Assembly (NCBI GenBank): GCA_963741955.1
Contig: CAVUKB010000007.1
Location: 64,001 to 128,000, forward strand
Length of the DNA: 64,000 nucleotides
From: an uncultured Acidobacteriota bacterium
GTDB lineage: Bacteria; Acidobacteriota; Thermoanaerobaculia; Gp7-AA8
Direction of reading: 5' to 3'
Shown here: positions 49,234 to 57,553 of the stretch, in pieces
Position numbering within the stretch: position 1 is the stretch's first letter
How the letters are laid out: each line of letters opens with the position of its first letter
The notes under the pieces: model-generated
Database searches by the model: none
Told to the model about the DNA's origin: nothing
Seen by the model: only the letters and a program-made list of their open reading frames with translations
Made by a program: the position numbers and the translations under genes

Positions 49234-50163
49234 TTACGGGGATGTTTCGCTACGCCTGGCACGGATGCTGAGCCAGGCAGCTGCCCCGATGATGGCCATG
49301 ATCACGGCGACCGACATCAGCGGAGGGATCTCCATCCATGTATCGGCCACCATCTTGAAGGCGGCGAAGACCAGGACGAGAGCGAGGCCGTAATGCAGAT
49401 AGCGGAGCTCACCGATGGTCTGAGCCAGGAGCAGATAAAGCGCACGCAACCCGAGGATCGCGAAGATGTTGGAGCTGTAGACGAGGAAGGGCTCGCGGGT
49501 GACCGAGAACGCCGCCGGAACGGAGTCGACGGCGAACATCACATCGCTGATCTCGATGGCCACCAGCGCGATCAGGAGAGGGGTCGCGACCCATCGACCT
49601 CCCTCGCGTGCGACGAAGCTGCGGCTGCGAACCTTTTGGGTCACCGGGACGTGTCGCGCGAGCCATCCCACCACCGGGCTCTCCTTCTCTTCGGAGGGAT
49701 CGACGCGGACCGATCGCCACGCCCCGTAGACGAGAAGTGCCGCGAAGATCCAGGTCACCCAGTCCCACCGTTCGAGCGCTGCGGCGCCCAGAAAGATGAA
49801 GAGAGCGCGGAAGACCACCGCACCGAGAATTCCCCAGAAGAGCACCCGGTGCTGGTATCTCTTCGCCACGCCGAGGCTCTTGAAAATGATCAGGAAGATG
49901 AAGAGATTGTCCAGACTGAGGCTCTTCTCCATCAGCCATGCGGCGAGGTATTCGCCCGCGGCCTTTCCTCCGAACAGCATCCATATCAGGCCGTCGAACG
50001 CGAGACCTGCGGCGACCCAGACGATGCTCCAGATCAGCGTCCGCTTCCGCGATTCCCCCCGGCTTCCCCGATGAGCGATCAGGTCGAGCGCGAGTAGAAC
50101 CGCGACCATCGCCGCGAACGCGGCCCAGATCCATCCTGGAAAATCGCCAATGCGAGAGAGCAC
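49234..50163 (-). CDS. TerC/Alx-family membrane protein
   Basis: EKSLSLDNLFIF, LFWGILGAVVFR, DVMFAVDSVPA and SNIFAILGLR motifs. Confidence 0.94.
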   Translation of the reverse strand: MLSRIGDFPGWIWAAFAAMVAVLLALDLIAHRGSRGESRKRTLIWSIVWVAAGLAFDGLIWMLFGGKAAGEYLAAWLMEKSLSLDNLFIFLIIFKSLGVAKRYQHRVLFWGILGAVVFRALFIFLGAAALERWDWVTWIFAALLVYGAWRSVRVDPSEEKESPVVGWLARHVPVTQKVRSRSFVAREGGRWVATPLLIALVAIEISDVMFAVDSVPAAFSVTREPFLVYSSNIFAILGLRALYLLLAQTIGELRYLHYGLALVLVFAAFKMVADTWMEIPPLMSVAVIMAIIGAAAWLSIRARRSETSP

Positions 50164-50180
50164 GATCCGGATGAGCTTAA

Positions 50181-50232
50181 CCCCTATTTCTCACACCGCC
50201 TCCTCGCGACGAGACGGGGTGAGAAATGCAGG
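50181..50232. repeat. Minimal family D element
   Basis: CCCCTATTTCTCACACCGCCTC...GAGACGGGGTGAGAAATGCAGG, flanked by TTAA and GTAA. Confidence 0.65.
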
Positions 50233-50257
50233 GTAACAGGAGTCGTGCCACGAGGTG

Positions 50258-50537
50258 GCGCGACCGCAGTATCAGCCTCGCCTGTGGCAGAAGCGGAGCG
50301 GCCAAGAAGAGCGTGCGAAGACCCCGTCCGAGGGGAGGGGATCCTCTGATCCGCCGCGCAAATCCCGGCGCGTGCGCGACCGCAGTATCAGCCTCGCCTG
50401 TGGCAGAAGCGGAGCGGGCCAAGAAGAGCGTGCGAAGACCCCGCCCGAGGGGAGCGGATCCTCTGATCCGCCGCGCAAATCCTGGCGCGCGCGCGACCGC
50501 AGCATCAGCCTCGACTGTGCCAGAAGCGGAGCGGGCC
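50258..50537. repeat. Tandem repeat, about 2.4 copies of 116-117 bp
   Basis: Units start at 50258, 50374 and 50491 with GCGCGACCGCAG(T/C)ATCAGCCTCG. Confidence 0.92.
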
Positions 50538-50591
50538 GCCGCAGACTTCCGGCTTCCGCTTCCTCGTGCCGTGGCCCGCGATGCAAACCGA

Positions 50592-51008
50592 TCAGCGCAT
50601 CTTGCGGCGGAGCGCGAGGAGCGCGCTTCGGATCAGCTCGACCTGGGCGAGAAGCTCGTCGACTTCTTCGGCCAGCTGGCGCGAATCGCCGCCGTTGCGG
50701 CGCCGTGCGTGTTCCGATTTGCGGGCCAGCTGCTGCCACAACTTCTGCTTTTCGCCGCGGCTGAGCCGGGCGATCTGCTGAAGGAGTGACCCCTGTCCGT
50801 CGCTCTTCCGATTCCCGGCGAGAAGAAAGCTCGGGTCTTCGCCGACGATGCGCGCGAGGCGAAGAAACGTGTCCAGCTGGAGAGGTTGCTTGTCCGTCTC
50901 GATCCGTGAAAGCGTCGCAGCGCTGATGTCGAGCTTGCTCGCCACGTCGGCGAGAGAGAGACTCCTGCGCTTGCGCGCATCACGAATGCGTTCGCCCACT
51001 GTAATCAT
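50592..51008 (-). CDS. XRE-family HTH transcriptional regulator
   Basis: VGERIRDARKRRSLSLADVA...ISAATLSRIE; coiled-coil-like C-terminus. Confidence 0.88.
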   Translation of the reverse strand: MITVGERIRDARKRRSLSLADVASKLDISAATLSRIETDKQPLQLDTFLRLARIVGEDPSFLLAGNRKSDGQGSLLQQIARLSRGEKQKLWQQLARKSEHARRRNGGDSRQLAEEVDELLAQVELIRSALLALRRKMR

Positions 51009-51246
51009 TGGATCCCATCTTAAAGTGAATGGTCACCAAACGGTCCCTCCAAATTTGAAAACTCGAGCGATGTTGCACGAGGTTTCCACAACGGCGGAGG
51101 GACCGCCTTTGCATTGCCTCCGATACATTCGATAGGCTGTTCGAAACAGGTCCATCATCGGGCAGCGGATGAACTGGCTCGATCATGGCATGCCACGAAC
51201 ACTGCCGGCGCATGCCGGCCGTTGTTTTTTTGGAAGGAGGTGCAGA

Positions 51247-51720
51247 ATGGAAGAACGCGAACGCAAGTTTCTCGAACGGGTCTCGCAAATCGTCGACTCC
51301 GAACTGGAGATCTCCACGATTGCCCGGGAGAGGGCCGCAACCGATGACGTGCGGGCGTTCGCCCGGGATCTGATCAATCATCGACTCCGCCTGAGCGGGG
51401 AGATCGGCCGACGCGCCGCCGCCGACGGAGTCGACATCGGGCACGGCGTGGACGACGATCGGAAGATCCTCCGCGGAAAATTCGAGACCCTTCAGGGGAC
51501 GGAGCTCGATCGCGAATACGTCTCGACGATTCTCTACGACGAGACGGCGATCGTGCGCGAGTTCCGCCACAACGCGAAAGTGAAAGGCGACGTCGTTCGC
51601 GAGCTGGTCGAAACGAACACGGAGGAGATCGAGAGCGGATTGCGCCGCTCGAAGAAGCTTGCCGATTTCCTCGGCATCCCCGCGGCCGCGGCGGCCGAAG
51701 AATCACGAACCGCGAAGTGA
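51247..51720 (+). CDS. DUF4142-like protein
   Basis: AGGAGG SD; A.ERA.TDDVRAFARDLINH and LQGTELDREYV pattern. Confidence 0.72.
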   Translation: MEERERKFLERVSQIVDSELEISTIARERAATDDVRAFARDLINHRLRLSGEIGRRAAADGVDIGHGVDDDRKILRGKFETLQGTELDREYVSTILYDETAIVREFRHNAKVKGDVVRELVETNTEEIESGLRRSKKLADFLGIPAAAAAEESRTAK

Positions 51721-52060
51721 GTCGAACGAGCGTCTGAACCGTTTACGCCGCGAAACGGGAACGGGGACGGATCGGCGGGCCGTAACTGGATGCAAGGGAC
51801 TTACGAAACCCTGCACCAGGCGCCTCCGTTCGCTGCCCAGCCGTGGTCCGGAGCGGCGGTCCGACGCGGGAAGCGACGATGCCGTGAGACGTGCCGCCAC
51901 ACGTGCGGAAGGATCGGCGACGCTCTCCCCCCGCGTGATCCGGCACGGAGTGAACGCGTCGCAATCACCTCGTCGCGCGACTTCCGAAGTGAAATTGGTC
52001 GAGTTATTGTGCTCGATCGAAGAAAATCGCCGATTTCGTGCGAAAAAACGCATTTTTCTC

Positions 52061-52090
52061 TTGCGCTCGAGGGTCGTTTCTGGCTAGAGT
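52061..52090 (+). promoter_or_regulatory. Putative sigma70 promoter of the HU gene
   Basis: TTGCGC-N18-TAGAGT with upstream A/T tracts. Confidence 0.45.
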
Positions 52091-52160
52091 CCGCCAGCCC
52101 CACTGCAACGAATCGTGAGAAGCGGTGCAAGGCGAATCGAGTGTGTTAAAGGAGACTTCT

Positions 52161-52457
52161 ATGGCCCAGGCCAAACCGATGACGAAGTCACAGGTCGCAG
52201 AACATCTCGCCGAGAAAACCGGGACGACCAAGAAAACGGCAGCTCAGTTCCTCGACGAACTGGCGCAGCTTGCCTACAAGGAAGCGAAGAAAGGCTTCAC
52301 GCTTCCCGGACTCGGCAAACTCGTGCTCGTGCAGCGCAAAGCCCGCAAGGGCCGCAACCCCGCCACCGGCGAGACCATCAAGATCCCGGCCAAGCGCGTG
52401 GTGAAGTTCCGCGTGGCGAAACCCGCGAAGGACGCGATTCTCGGCGTCAAGAAGTAG
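52161..52457 (+). CDS. hup: HU-family DNA-binding protein
   Basis: MTKSQ, LPGLGK and RKARKGRNPATGETIKIPAK motifs. Confidence 0.95.
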   Translation: MAQAKPMTKSQVAEHLAEKTGTTKKTAAQFLDELAQLAYKEAKKGFTLPGLGKLVLVQRKARKGRNPATGETIKIPAKRVVKFRVAKPAKDAILGVKK

Positions 52458-52489
52458 ATCCGAGCGGTCGCGGCTTCGGCCGAAGTTCC

Positions 52490-52532
52490 GGGGAGGACAG
52501 GTGCACTCGAGGCCCTGCCCTCCTCTTTTTTT
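52490..52532 (+). terminator. Intrinsic terminator after hup
   Basis: GGGGAGGACAGG...CCTGCCCTCCTC followed by T7. Confidence 0.75.
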
Positions 52533-52636
52533 CCCCGCATCGCGTCTGATCGTCGATGCGATGCGCGCCGGAACGTCACCGCTCCCGCTCTGCCGGTACA
52601 GCGATTGCTCCCGAGTCGGACGAACGTCTGCAGTCG

Positions 52637-53989
52637 ATGAACGCGCGATCTCACCCGGTACTTCGAGCTCTTCGTCATCGCAACTACCGTCTGTTCTTCG
52701 GCGGGCAGAGCGTCTCGCTGGTCGGCACCTGGATCACCCGAATCGCGACGGCCTGGCTCGTCTACCGTCTCACCGGCTCCGAGCTTCTCCTCGGCATCGT
52801 CGGGTTCTGCAGCCAGATCCCGATGCTCGTCCTCGCCCCGTTCGCCGGCGTCCTCGTCGATCGATGGGACCGGCACAGAATTCTCCTCCTGACTCAGGGT
52901 CTCTCCCTGCTCCAGTCCGCCTCTCTCGCGATACTCACCCTCGGCGGCTGGATCACCGTGACCGAGATCATCGTCCTCCAGCTCGTGCAGGGGATGATCA
53001 ATTCCTTCGACACTCCCGCGCGCCAGGCCTTCGTGGTGCAGATGGTGGAAGATCGTGAGGATCTTCCGAACGCGATCGCGCTCAACTCCTCCATGGTCAA
53101 CGCTTCCCGGATCCTCGGTCCGTCCATCGGAGGAGTCCTGATCGCCGCTCTCGGAGAAGGATGGTGCTTCACCGTCGATGCCGTCTCGTATCTCGCGGTG
53201 ATCGGATCGCTCCTCGCGATGAGAGTGGTGAGCGTGCCGCGCGCCCCGGCCGACACGCACGTCCTCGCCGAGCTGCGCACCGGCTTCGAGTACGTCTCGC
53301 GTTTCGTCCCGGTCCGTGCGCTCCTGCTGATGATCGCGCTGGTCGGGACGATGGCCATGCCGTACAACACCCTGATGCCGGTCGTCGCGAAACAGGTCCT
53401 GCACGGCGGACCGCACACCCTCGGCATCCTGATGACTGCAGCCGGGATCGGCGCACTGGCCGGGACGCTCTATCTCGCTTCGCGACGAAGCGTTCTCGGT
53501 CTGGGACGGGTGATCCTCATCTCCACCACCGCGCTCAGTTTCGCCCTGATCGCCTTCTCGTTCTCCCACACGCTCTGGATCTCGCTCCTCCTTCTTCCCT
53601 TCATCGGCGGCGGGATGATGGTTCAGACCGCGTCCACGAACACCATCCTCCAGACCGTGGTCGACGAGAAGCTGCGGGGACGGGTGATGGCGTTTTACGC
53701 GACGGCGATCCTCGGTACGCTTCCGATCGGGAGCCTTCTCGCCGGCGCGGTTGCCAGCCGGATCGGCGCGCCGCGAACGATTCTGATCGGAGGATGCGCC
53801 TGCCTCGCCGGTGCGATCTGGTTTGCCTTCCGGCGCCCCGCACTCGCGCGCCTGATCCGTCCCGTCTACATGGAACGCGGAATCATTCCGTGGGAGGAAG
53901 CGACGTATCAGGGCGTAGTGGTGACCGGAGTGGCGGACGTCGAGCCGTCGCCGCCGGGCGCTTCGAATGCTGACCGGCCGCGTGAATGA
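52637..53989 (+). CDS. MFS transporter (MFS_3 / DUF894 type)
   Basis: RALRHRNYRLFFGGQ, GVLVDRWDR, RILGP and RGRVMA motifs; about 12 TM segments. Confidence 0.92.
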   Translation: MNARSHPVLRALRHRNYRLFFGGQSVSLVGTWITRIATAWLVYRLTGSELLLGIVGFCSQIPMLVLAPFAGVLVDRWDRHRILLLTQGLSLLQSASLAILTLGGWITVTEIIVLQLVQGMINSFDTPARQAFVVQMVEDREDLPNAIALNSSMVNASRILGPSIGGVLIAALGEGWCFTVDAVSYLAVIGSLLAMRVVSVPRAPADTHVLAELRTGFEYVSRFVPVRALLLMIALVGTMAMPYNTLMPVVAKQVLHGGPHTLGILMTAAGIGALAGTLYLASRRSVLGLGRVILISTTALSFALIAFSFSHTLWISLLLLPFIGGGMMVQTASTNTILQTVVDEKLRGRVMAFYATAILGTLPIGSLLAGAVASRIGAPRTILIGGCACLAGAIWFAFRRPALARLIRPVYMERGIIPWEEATYQGVVVTGVADVEPSPPGASNADRPRE

Positions 53990-54036
53990 GCCACCGCCGC
54001 AGGAGAGCACCATCCGTGTTCCGGCGATTCTCCTGT

Positions 54037-54096
54037 TCTGCCAAGGGGCGCCGCGGCTCCCGCCGCGGCCGGCACGGCGGACGCCGTGCCGCTCCC
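54037..54096. repeat. REP-like double hairpin
   Basis: Homologous to 48254-48312; lies between convergent genes. Confidence 0.7.
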
Positions 54097-54115
54097 GTTG
54101 CAACTCCCGTCGGGG

Positions 54116-54829
54116 TCAATGCTCCAGAGAACCTCTGAGGAAGCTCAGAGTCAGGGCCCATGCGTCGCGTGCTGCGTCGCGGTTGTATGCGGGACGCATG
54201 TCGCAGAAGAACCCGTGATCCGCGAACGAGAAAAGTGTCTCGATGAACGGCCTGGAGGCCGCCTCGAGCGCCTGTCGCACCGAACTGCGCACATCGGGGC
54301 CGATGTGCTTGTCCAGCCCTCCCCAGAAAAGAAGGAGCGGACCGTGCTGCGCCGGTGCGCGGTCGAGAAGAGCCGGCGCGATCCCGCCGCCGTAGTACGA
54401 AACGGCCGCCGTGAGCGGAAGGATCGAATTTGCGAGGAACGATGTGCGTCCGCCCATGCAGTAGCCGGTCGACGACACTCTCCCGTCACACGAGCGGTCG
54501 TTCCGCAGAAGCTCGTACGTCGCGCGGATGTCTGCCTCGAGGCCTTCGACCGTCAGTGCCTTCACGTGCGGCATCACCGCGTCGAAGTCGCCGTACGGAC
54601 CTTCGAAGCCCGGAGGAGCACTTCGATGAAACAGCTCCGGCGCCATCGCCACGAAGCCTTCACGTGCGAACCGCCCGGCGACGTCCCGGATGTGTGCGTT
54701 CACCCCGAACGCTTCCTGGAAAACAAGGAGCCCCGGCGCCTCTGCGGCTGCCGGTCTCGCGATGAAGACGTTCATGGCGGTTCCGTCTGCGACCTCGACC
54801 GAGACCGTCTCCATGGCTGTTTCGCGCAT
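54116..54829 (-). CDS. Dienelactone hydrolase-family protein
   Basis: QEAFGVN, GYCMGG, GGLD and DHGF motifs. Confidence 0.94.
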   Translation of the reverse strand: MRETAMETVSVEVADGTAMNVFIARPAAAEAPGLLVFQEAFGVNAHIRDVAGRFAREGFVAMAPELFHRSAPPGFEGPYGDFDAVMPHVKALTVEGLEADIRATYELLRNDRSCDGRVSSTGYCMGGRTSFLANSILPLTAAVSYYGGGIAPALLDRAPAQHGPLLLFWGGLDKHIGPDVRSSVRQALEAASRPFIETLFSFADHGFFCDMRPAYNRDAARDAWALTLSFLRGSLEH

Positions 54830-54843
54830 CTCCACCTCCTGGC

Positions 54844-55294
54844 CAACATTTCTCACATCGTCTCTGCTGCGGAGACGGATAGCGGCCTGTCTACTAGTGG
54901 CCTGTAACGAAGGAATTGGTGCTGCCGTTGCGGGCGCCGCGCGGACAGATGCGAGACGGCGCGACGCAGGCGATGCGGGACATCGTCGAGGAGCGACGGC
55001 GAACCAGATGGCCGCGCGCCGCCCGCAACCCGCAGGGCTGGTGGAGGTTGCCGGGGAATCTCGGCGTCACTCGTTGTCGGCGATGCCACCGCATCGCCTC
55101 CTCCTCGTTCCTTGACCTCCCCCGGCAAGCACCACCAGCGGCGCTACCAATTCCTCCGTTACAGGCCACTACGTTGCGCACGTCTTCGGCTCCTCAACAT
55201 AGTCACCGCTATGCCTTCGTCGCCGAAGCTGCGCGCGCCTTGTATCCAGACCGCTCTCCGCCTCCTCGCGTCGAGACGGTGTGAGAAATGCGGG
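54844..55294. mobile_element. Family D MITE interrupted by a nested element
   Basis: CATTTCTCACATCGTCTC...GAGACGGTGTGAGAAATGCGGG; colinear with 56116-56267 apart from the insertion. Confidence 0.8.
54897..55169. mobile_element. 273-bp IS630-type MITE with TA duplication
   Basis: 24-bp TIRs GTGGCCTGTAACG(A/G)AGGAATTGGT with 1 mismatch; TA at 54895-54896 and 55170-55171; empty site at 56168-56169. Confidence 0.85.
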
Positions 55295-55389
55295 CTGGAG
55301 TCATTCGATCAAGCGAGAACGCACACCACGATCGATGCCAGAACGCGGAATGTTCCGATGTGCCGGCGTCGACGCCGCTGGAGTTCACC

Positions 55390-56001
55390 TCAATGTCCGC
55401 AGGAACAGATTGCCTTCTTGAACTCCGGCGAGCCGAAGAGCTGAATCGACGCGCGGTCCAGCGCGTGGTTGAGTGTCTCCTGATAGTTGTCACTGCTCCC
55501 CGAGTATCCGTAGTTCTCGGCGTGCCCGGTTGCCCGCTCTTTCCAGCAGCTGGTAACGCTGTCCGCAGGAACCAGCTCTGCGGTGAGGGTGATGTCTCCC
55601 TCGTATCCCGAGCGATGAAGGACGTTCTCACTGGTGTTGATCCGCTCGACGGTGATGTGCAGCGCGGGAGCACCTGCGGAGCGGGTCATCGCGCCGCTGC
55701 GGGCGAGCGCCGCTTCGATTCCGGAGCGGACCCAGGCCGCGACGTCACTGCCGGCCGTGACCGCCGCTGCGGGCGCCGAGCTCCCTTCGACCGAGCGCGT
55801 GCCGAGATTCGGTTCGGTGCGCGCATCGGTGACCAGCACGTCGGAAACTGCGGAGCAGAGAGGGAGGGCGGGAAACTGCCCTGGCGTGGCCATCATTTTG
55901 TACTCCAGCGGAACCGAGAGCGGTCCGACGGAAGAGGGGGTCGAACAGCCGGGAAGGAGCGCTGAGAGGACTACCGCCAGCACGAACGTGATTCGTTTCA
56001 T
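55390..56001 (-). CDS. Lipoprotein, YajG-like
   Basis: GGAGG SD, lipobox LPGC, VLVTDAR...LG motif. Confidence 0.7.
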   Translation of the reverse strand: MKRITFVLAVVLSALLPGCSTPSSVGPLSVPLEYKMMATPGQFPALPLCSAVSDVLVTDARTEPNLGTRSVEGSSAPAAAVTAGSDVAAWVRSGIEAALARSGAMTRSAGAPALHITVERINTSENVLHRSGYEGDITLTAELVPADSVTSCWKERATGHAENYGYSGSSDNYQETLNHALDRASIQLFGSPEFKKAICSCGH

Positions 56002-56115
56002 GAGAAGGACCTCCGCTTGGAGAGAGTTCTCCGCTTACGATCGGTGCATTCATCCTACCTCCGTTGCCCCGATTTCTCACCCATCCTCTCGTCGCGGAGT
56101 GGAGGGGGTGGCCAG

Positions 56116-56292
56116 CCCGCATTTCTCACATCGTCTCTGCTGCGGAGACGGATAGCGGGCTGTCTACTACGTTGTGCACACTTTCGGCTCCTCGACATAG
56201 TCACCACTATGCCTTCGTCGCCGAAGCTGCGCGCGCCTTGTATCCAGGCCGCTCTCCGCCTTCTCGCTTGGACGTTCCTGCCGCGCAGACTC
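56116..56292. mobile_element. Chimeric MITE (family D left part, family A right end)
   Basis: CCAG-CCCGCATTTCTCACA...CTCCGCCTTCTCGC, then TTGGACGTTCCTGCCGCGCAGACTC-CCAG. Confidence 0.75.
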
Positions 56293-56321
56293 CCAGGCTG
56301 CGAGTTGCGCGCAACCTCGGC

Positions 56322-56359
56322 GCGGACCGCGCTCCGCAGAAATCCCGTGAACATTCCGG
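56322..56359. repeat. Family C end
   Basis: CGGACCGCGCTCCGCAGAAATCCCGTGAACATTCCGG followed by CTAGAAT. Confidence 0.55.
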
Positions 56360-56407
56360 CTAGAATCCCCTGGCAGGCGATCCGCAATTCCCGTCTGCCG
56401 GTGACCG

Positions 56408-56836
56408 ATGTCGGAATCCTCGCGAGTCGATTTCCAGGAACTTCTCAACCATGTCGTTCCGGCGGCACAGCAGATGCTGCACGGAAAACGCGCGTTCTAT
56501 CCGTTCGGCGCGATCCTGACCCGCGACGGCGAGTACGAGCCGCGGGTGATCGACTATGAAGGATCGTTTCCCGATCCGAAGGCGCTGATCGGCAGACTCA
56601 CCGACCGCTTTCGCGCGGACATTCTGAGCGGGAGCGCCCGCGCCCTCGCCGCATGTGTGAACGTCCGCATCGTCCTTCCCGGGCAGAAGAGACGGAAGGA
56701 CGCCGTCCTGGTCTCGCTCGAGCACGAGACCGGCGACGCGGTCAATGCCTACATCCCGTACCGCAAGCGCTGGTTCGGCGAGACCACCTGGGGCGATCCG
56801 GTCTTCGAACCGGCCAGGCCGACCATCTTCACGTGA
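56408..56836 (+). CDS. Hypothetical protein
   Basis: Protein-like ORF (AQQML...FYPFGA, DAVLVSLEH, YIPY); function not recognised. Confidence 0.75.
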   Translation: MSESSRVDFQELLNHVVPAAQQMLHGKRAFYPFGAILTRDGEYEPRVIDYEGSFPDPKALIGRLTDRFRADILSGSARALAACVNVRIVLPGQKRRKDAVLVSLEHETGDAVNAYIPYRKRWFGETTWGDPVFEPARPTIFT

Positions 56837-56931
56837 GATCGCGGATCCCGGATGTCAAATGGCGGCTCCCCCCGCTTTTCTGCTAGGCTCGCTCTTTCAC
56901 CAGCGACTCGACGGCAGGAGAACGGCAGGCT

Positions 56932-57243
56932 ATGGACGCTGAAGACCGCCGGAAATCGATCTGGAGTGTGGCCTCCGGAGTGCTTCTCAAATCGGCCGCG
57001 CTCGGCCTCTTCTTCTTACTCCAAGAAGCCTCGCCTTTTCGCATCCCTCTGTTCTGGGTTCTCTACGTCACCGGGGCGGTGATCTTCTTCCTCGGCTGCG
57101 TCCAGTGGGCCCGGGCGAAAGGACGCACCGCCGCAGTCGGTCTCGTCGCGATCTTCGGGCTCGTCGCCGTGGTCGTCCTCGCCCTCCTTCCGGACCGGAG
57201 CCGCGATTCGGAGGACGCAGTCGCAGGCGAAGCGGTCGCGTGA
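56932..57243 (+). CDS. Small membrane protein (3 TM)
   Basis: AGGAG SD, three hydrophobic helices, ARAKGR...LLPDR. Confidence 0.72.
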   Translation: MDAEDRRKSIWSVASGVLLKSAALGLFFLLQEASPFRIPLFWVLYVTGAVIFFLGCVQWARAKGRTAAVGLVAIFGLVAVVVLALLPDRSRDSEDAVAGEAVA

Positions 57244-57261
57244 CAGGCTCTTGTTCTGCCC

Positions 57262-57340
57262 TGGCGACTCGCCGAAAATCCGGGCGAATTGGGACCGCTG
57301 ATCCGCTTACGCAGCAGGACAGTTTCTACCGCGCAGACTC
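57262..57340. repeat. Partial family A MITE
   Basis: Diverged reverse complement of 639-717. Confidence 0.75.
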
Positions 57341-57461
57341 TGGGCCACCCGTGACAGAATAATATTCTCGTAACGCGCCTTTTCTGCGCAATAAATGCGC
57401 AGAGCGATCCTTTAAGCAGACTTTTCTTCTGCGACCGGGAACGCCGCAACCTTGTCACACA

Positions 57462-57540
57462 CCCCGATCCCCGACGCTTCTCAGATCCTCAATCCTCGAT
57501 CCCCGACCCCCGACCCCCGACCCCGACCCCCGATTCCGAT
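57462..57540 (-). repeat. Heptamer tract (CCCCGAC/TCCTCGA type)
   Basis: The reverse complement contains ATCGAGGATTGAGGATCTGAGAAGC, resembling 43391-43620. Confidence 0.8.
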
Positions 57541-57553
57541 GTAACATCGCACC

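Noticed and set aside
50164-50591. yybP-ykoY riboswitch or CRISPR array upstream of terC
   Set aside because: Riboswitch core motifs not recognised; the repeat units are contiguous with no spacers.
51721-52160. 440-bp gap upstream of hup, possible sRNA or small ORF
   Set aside because: The ORFs are not protein-like; only promoter-like features are visible.
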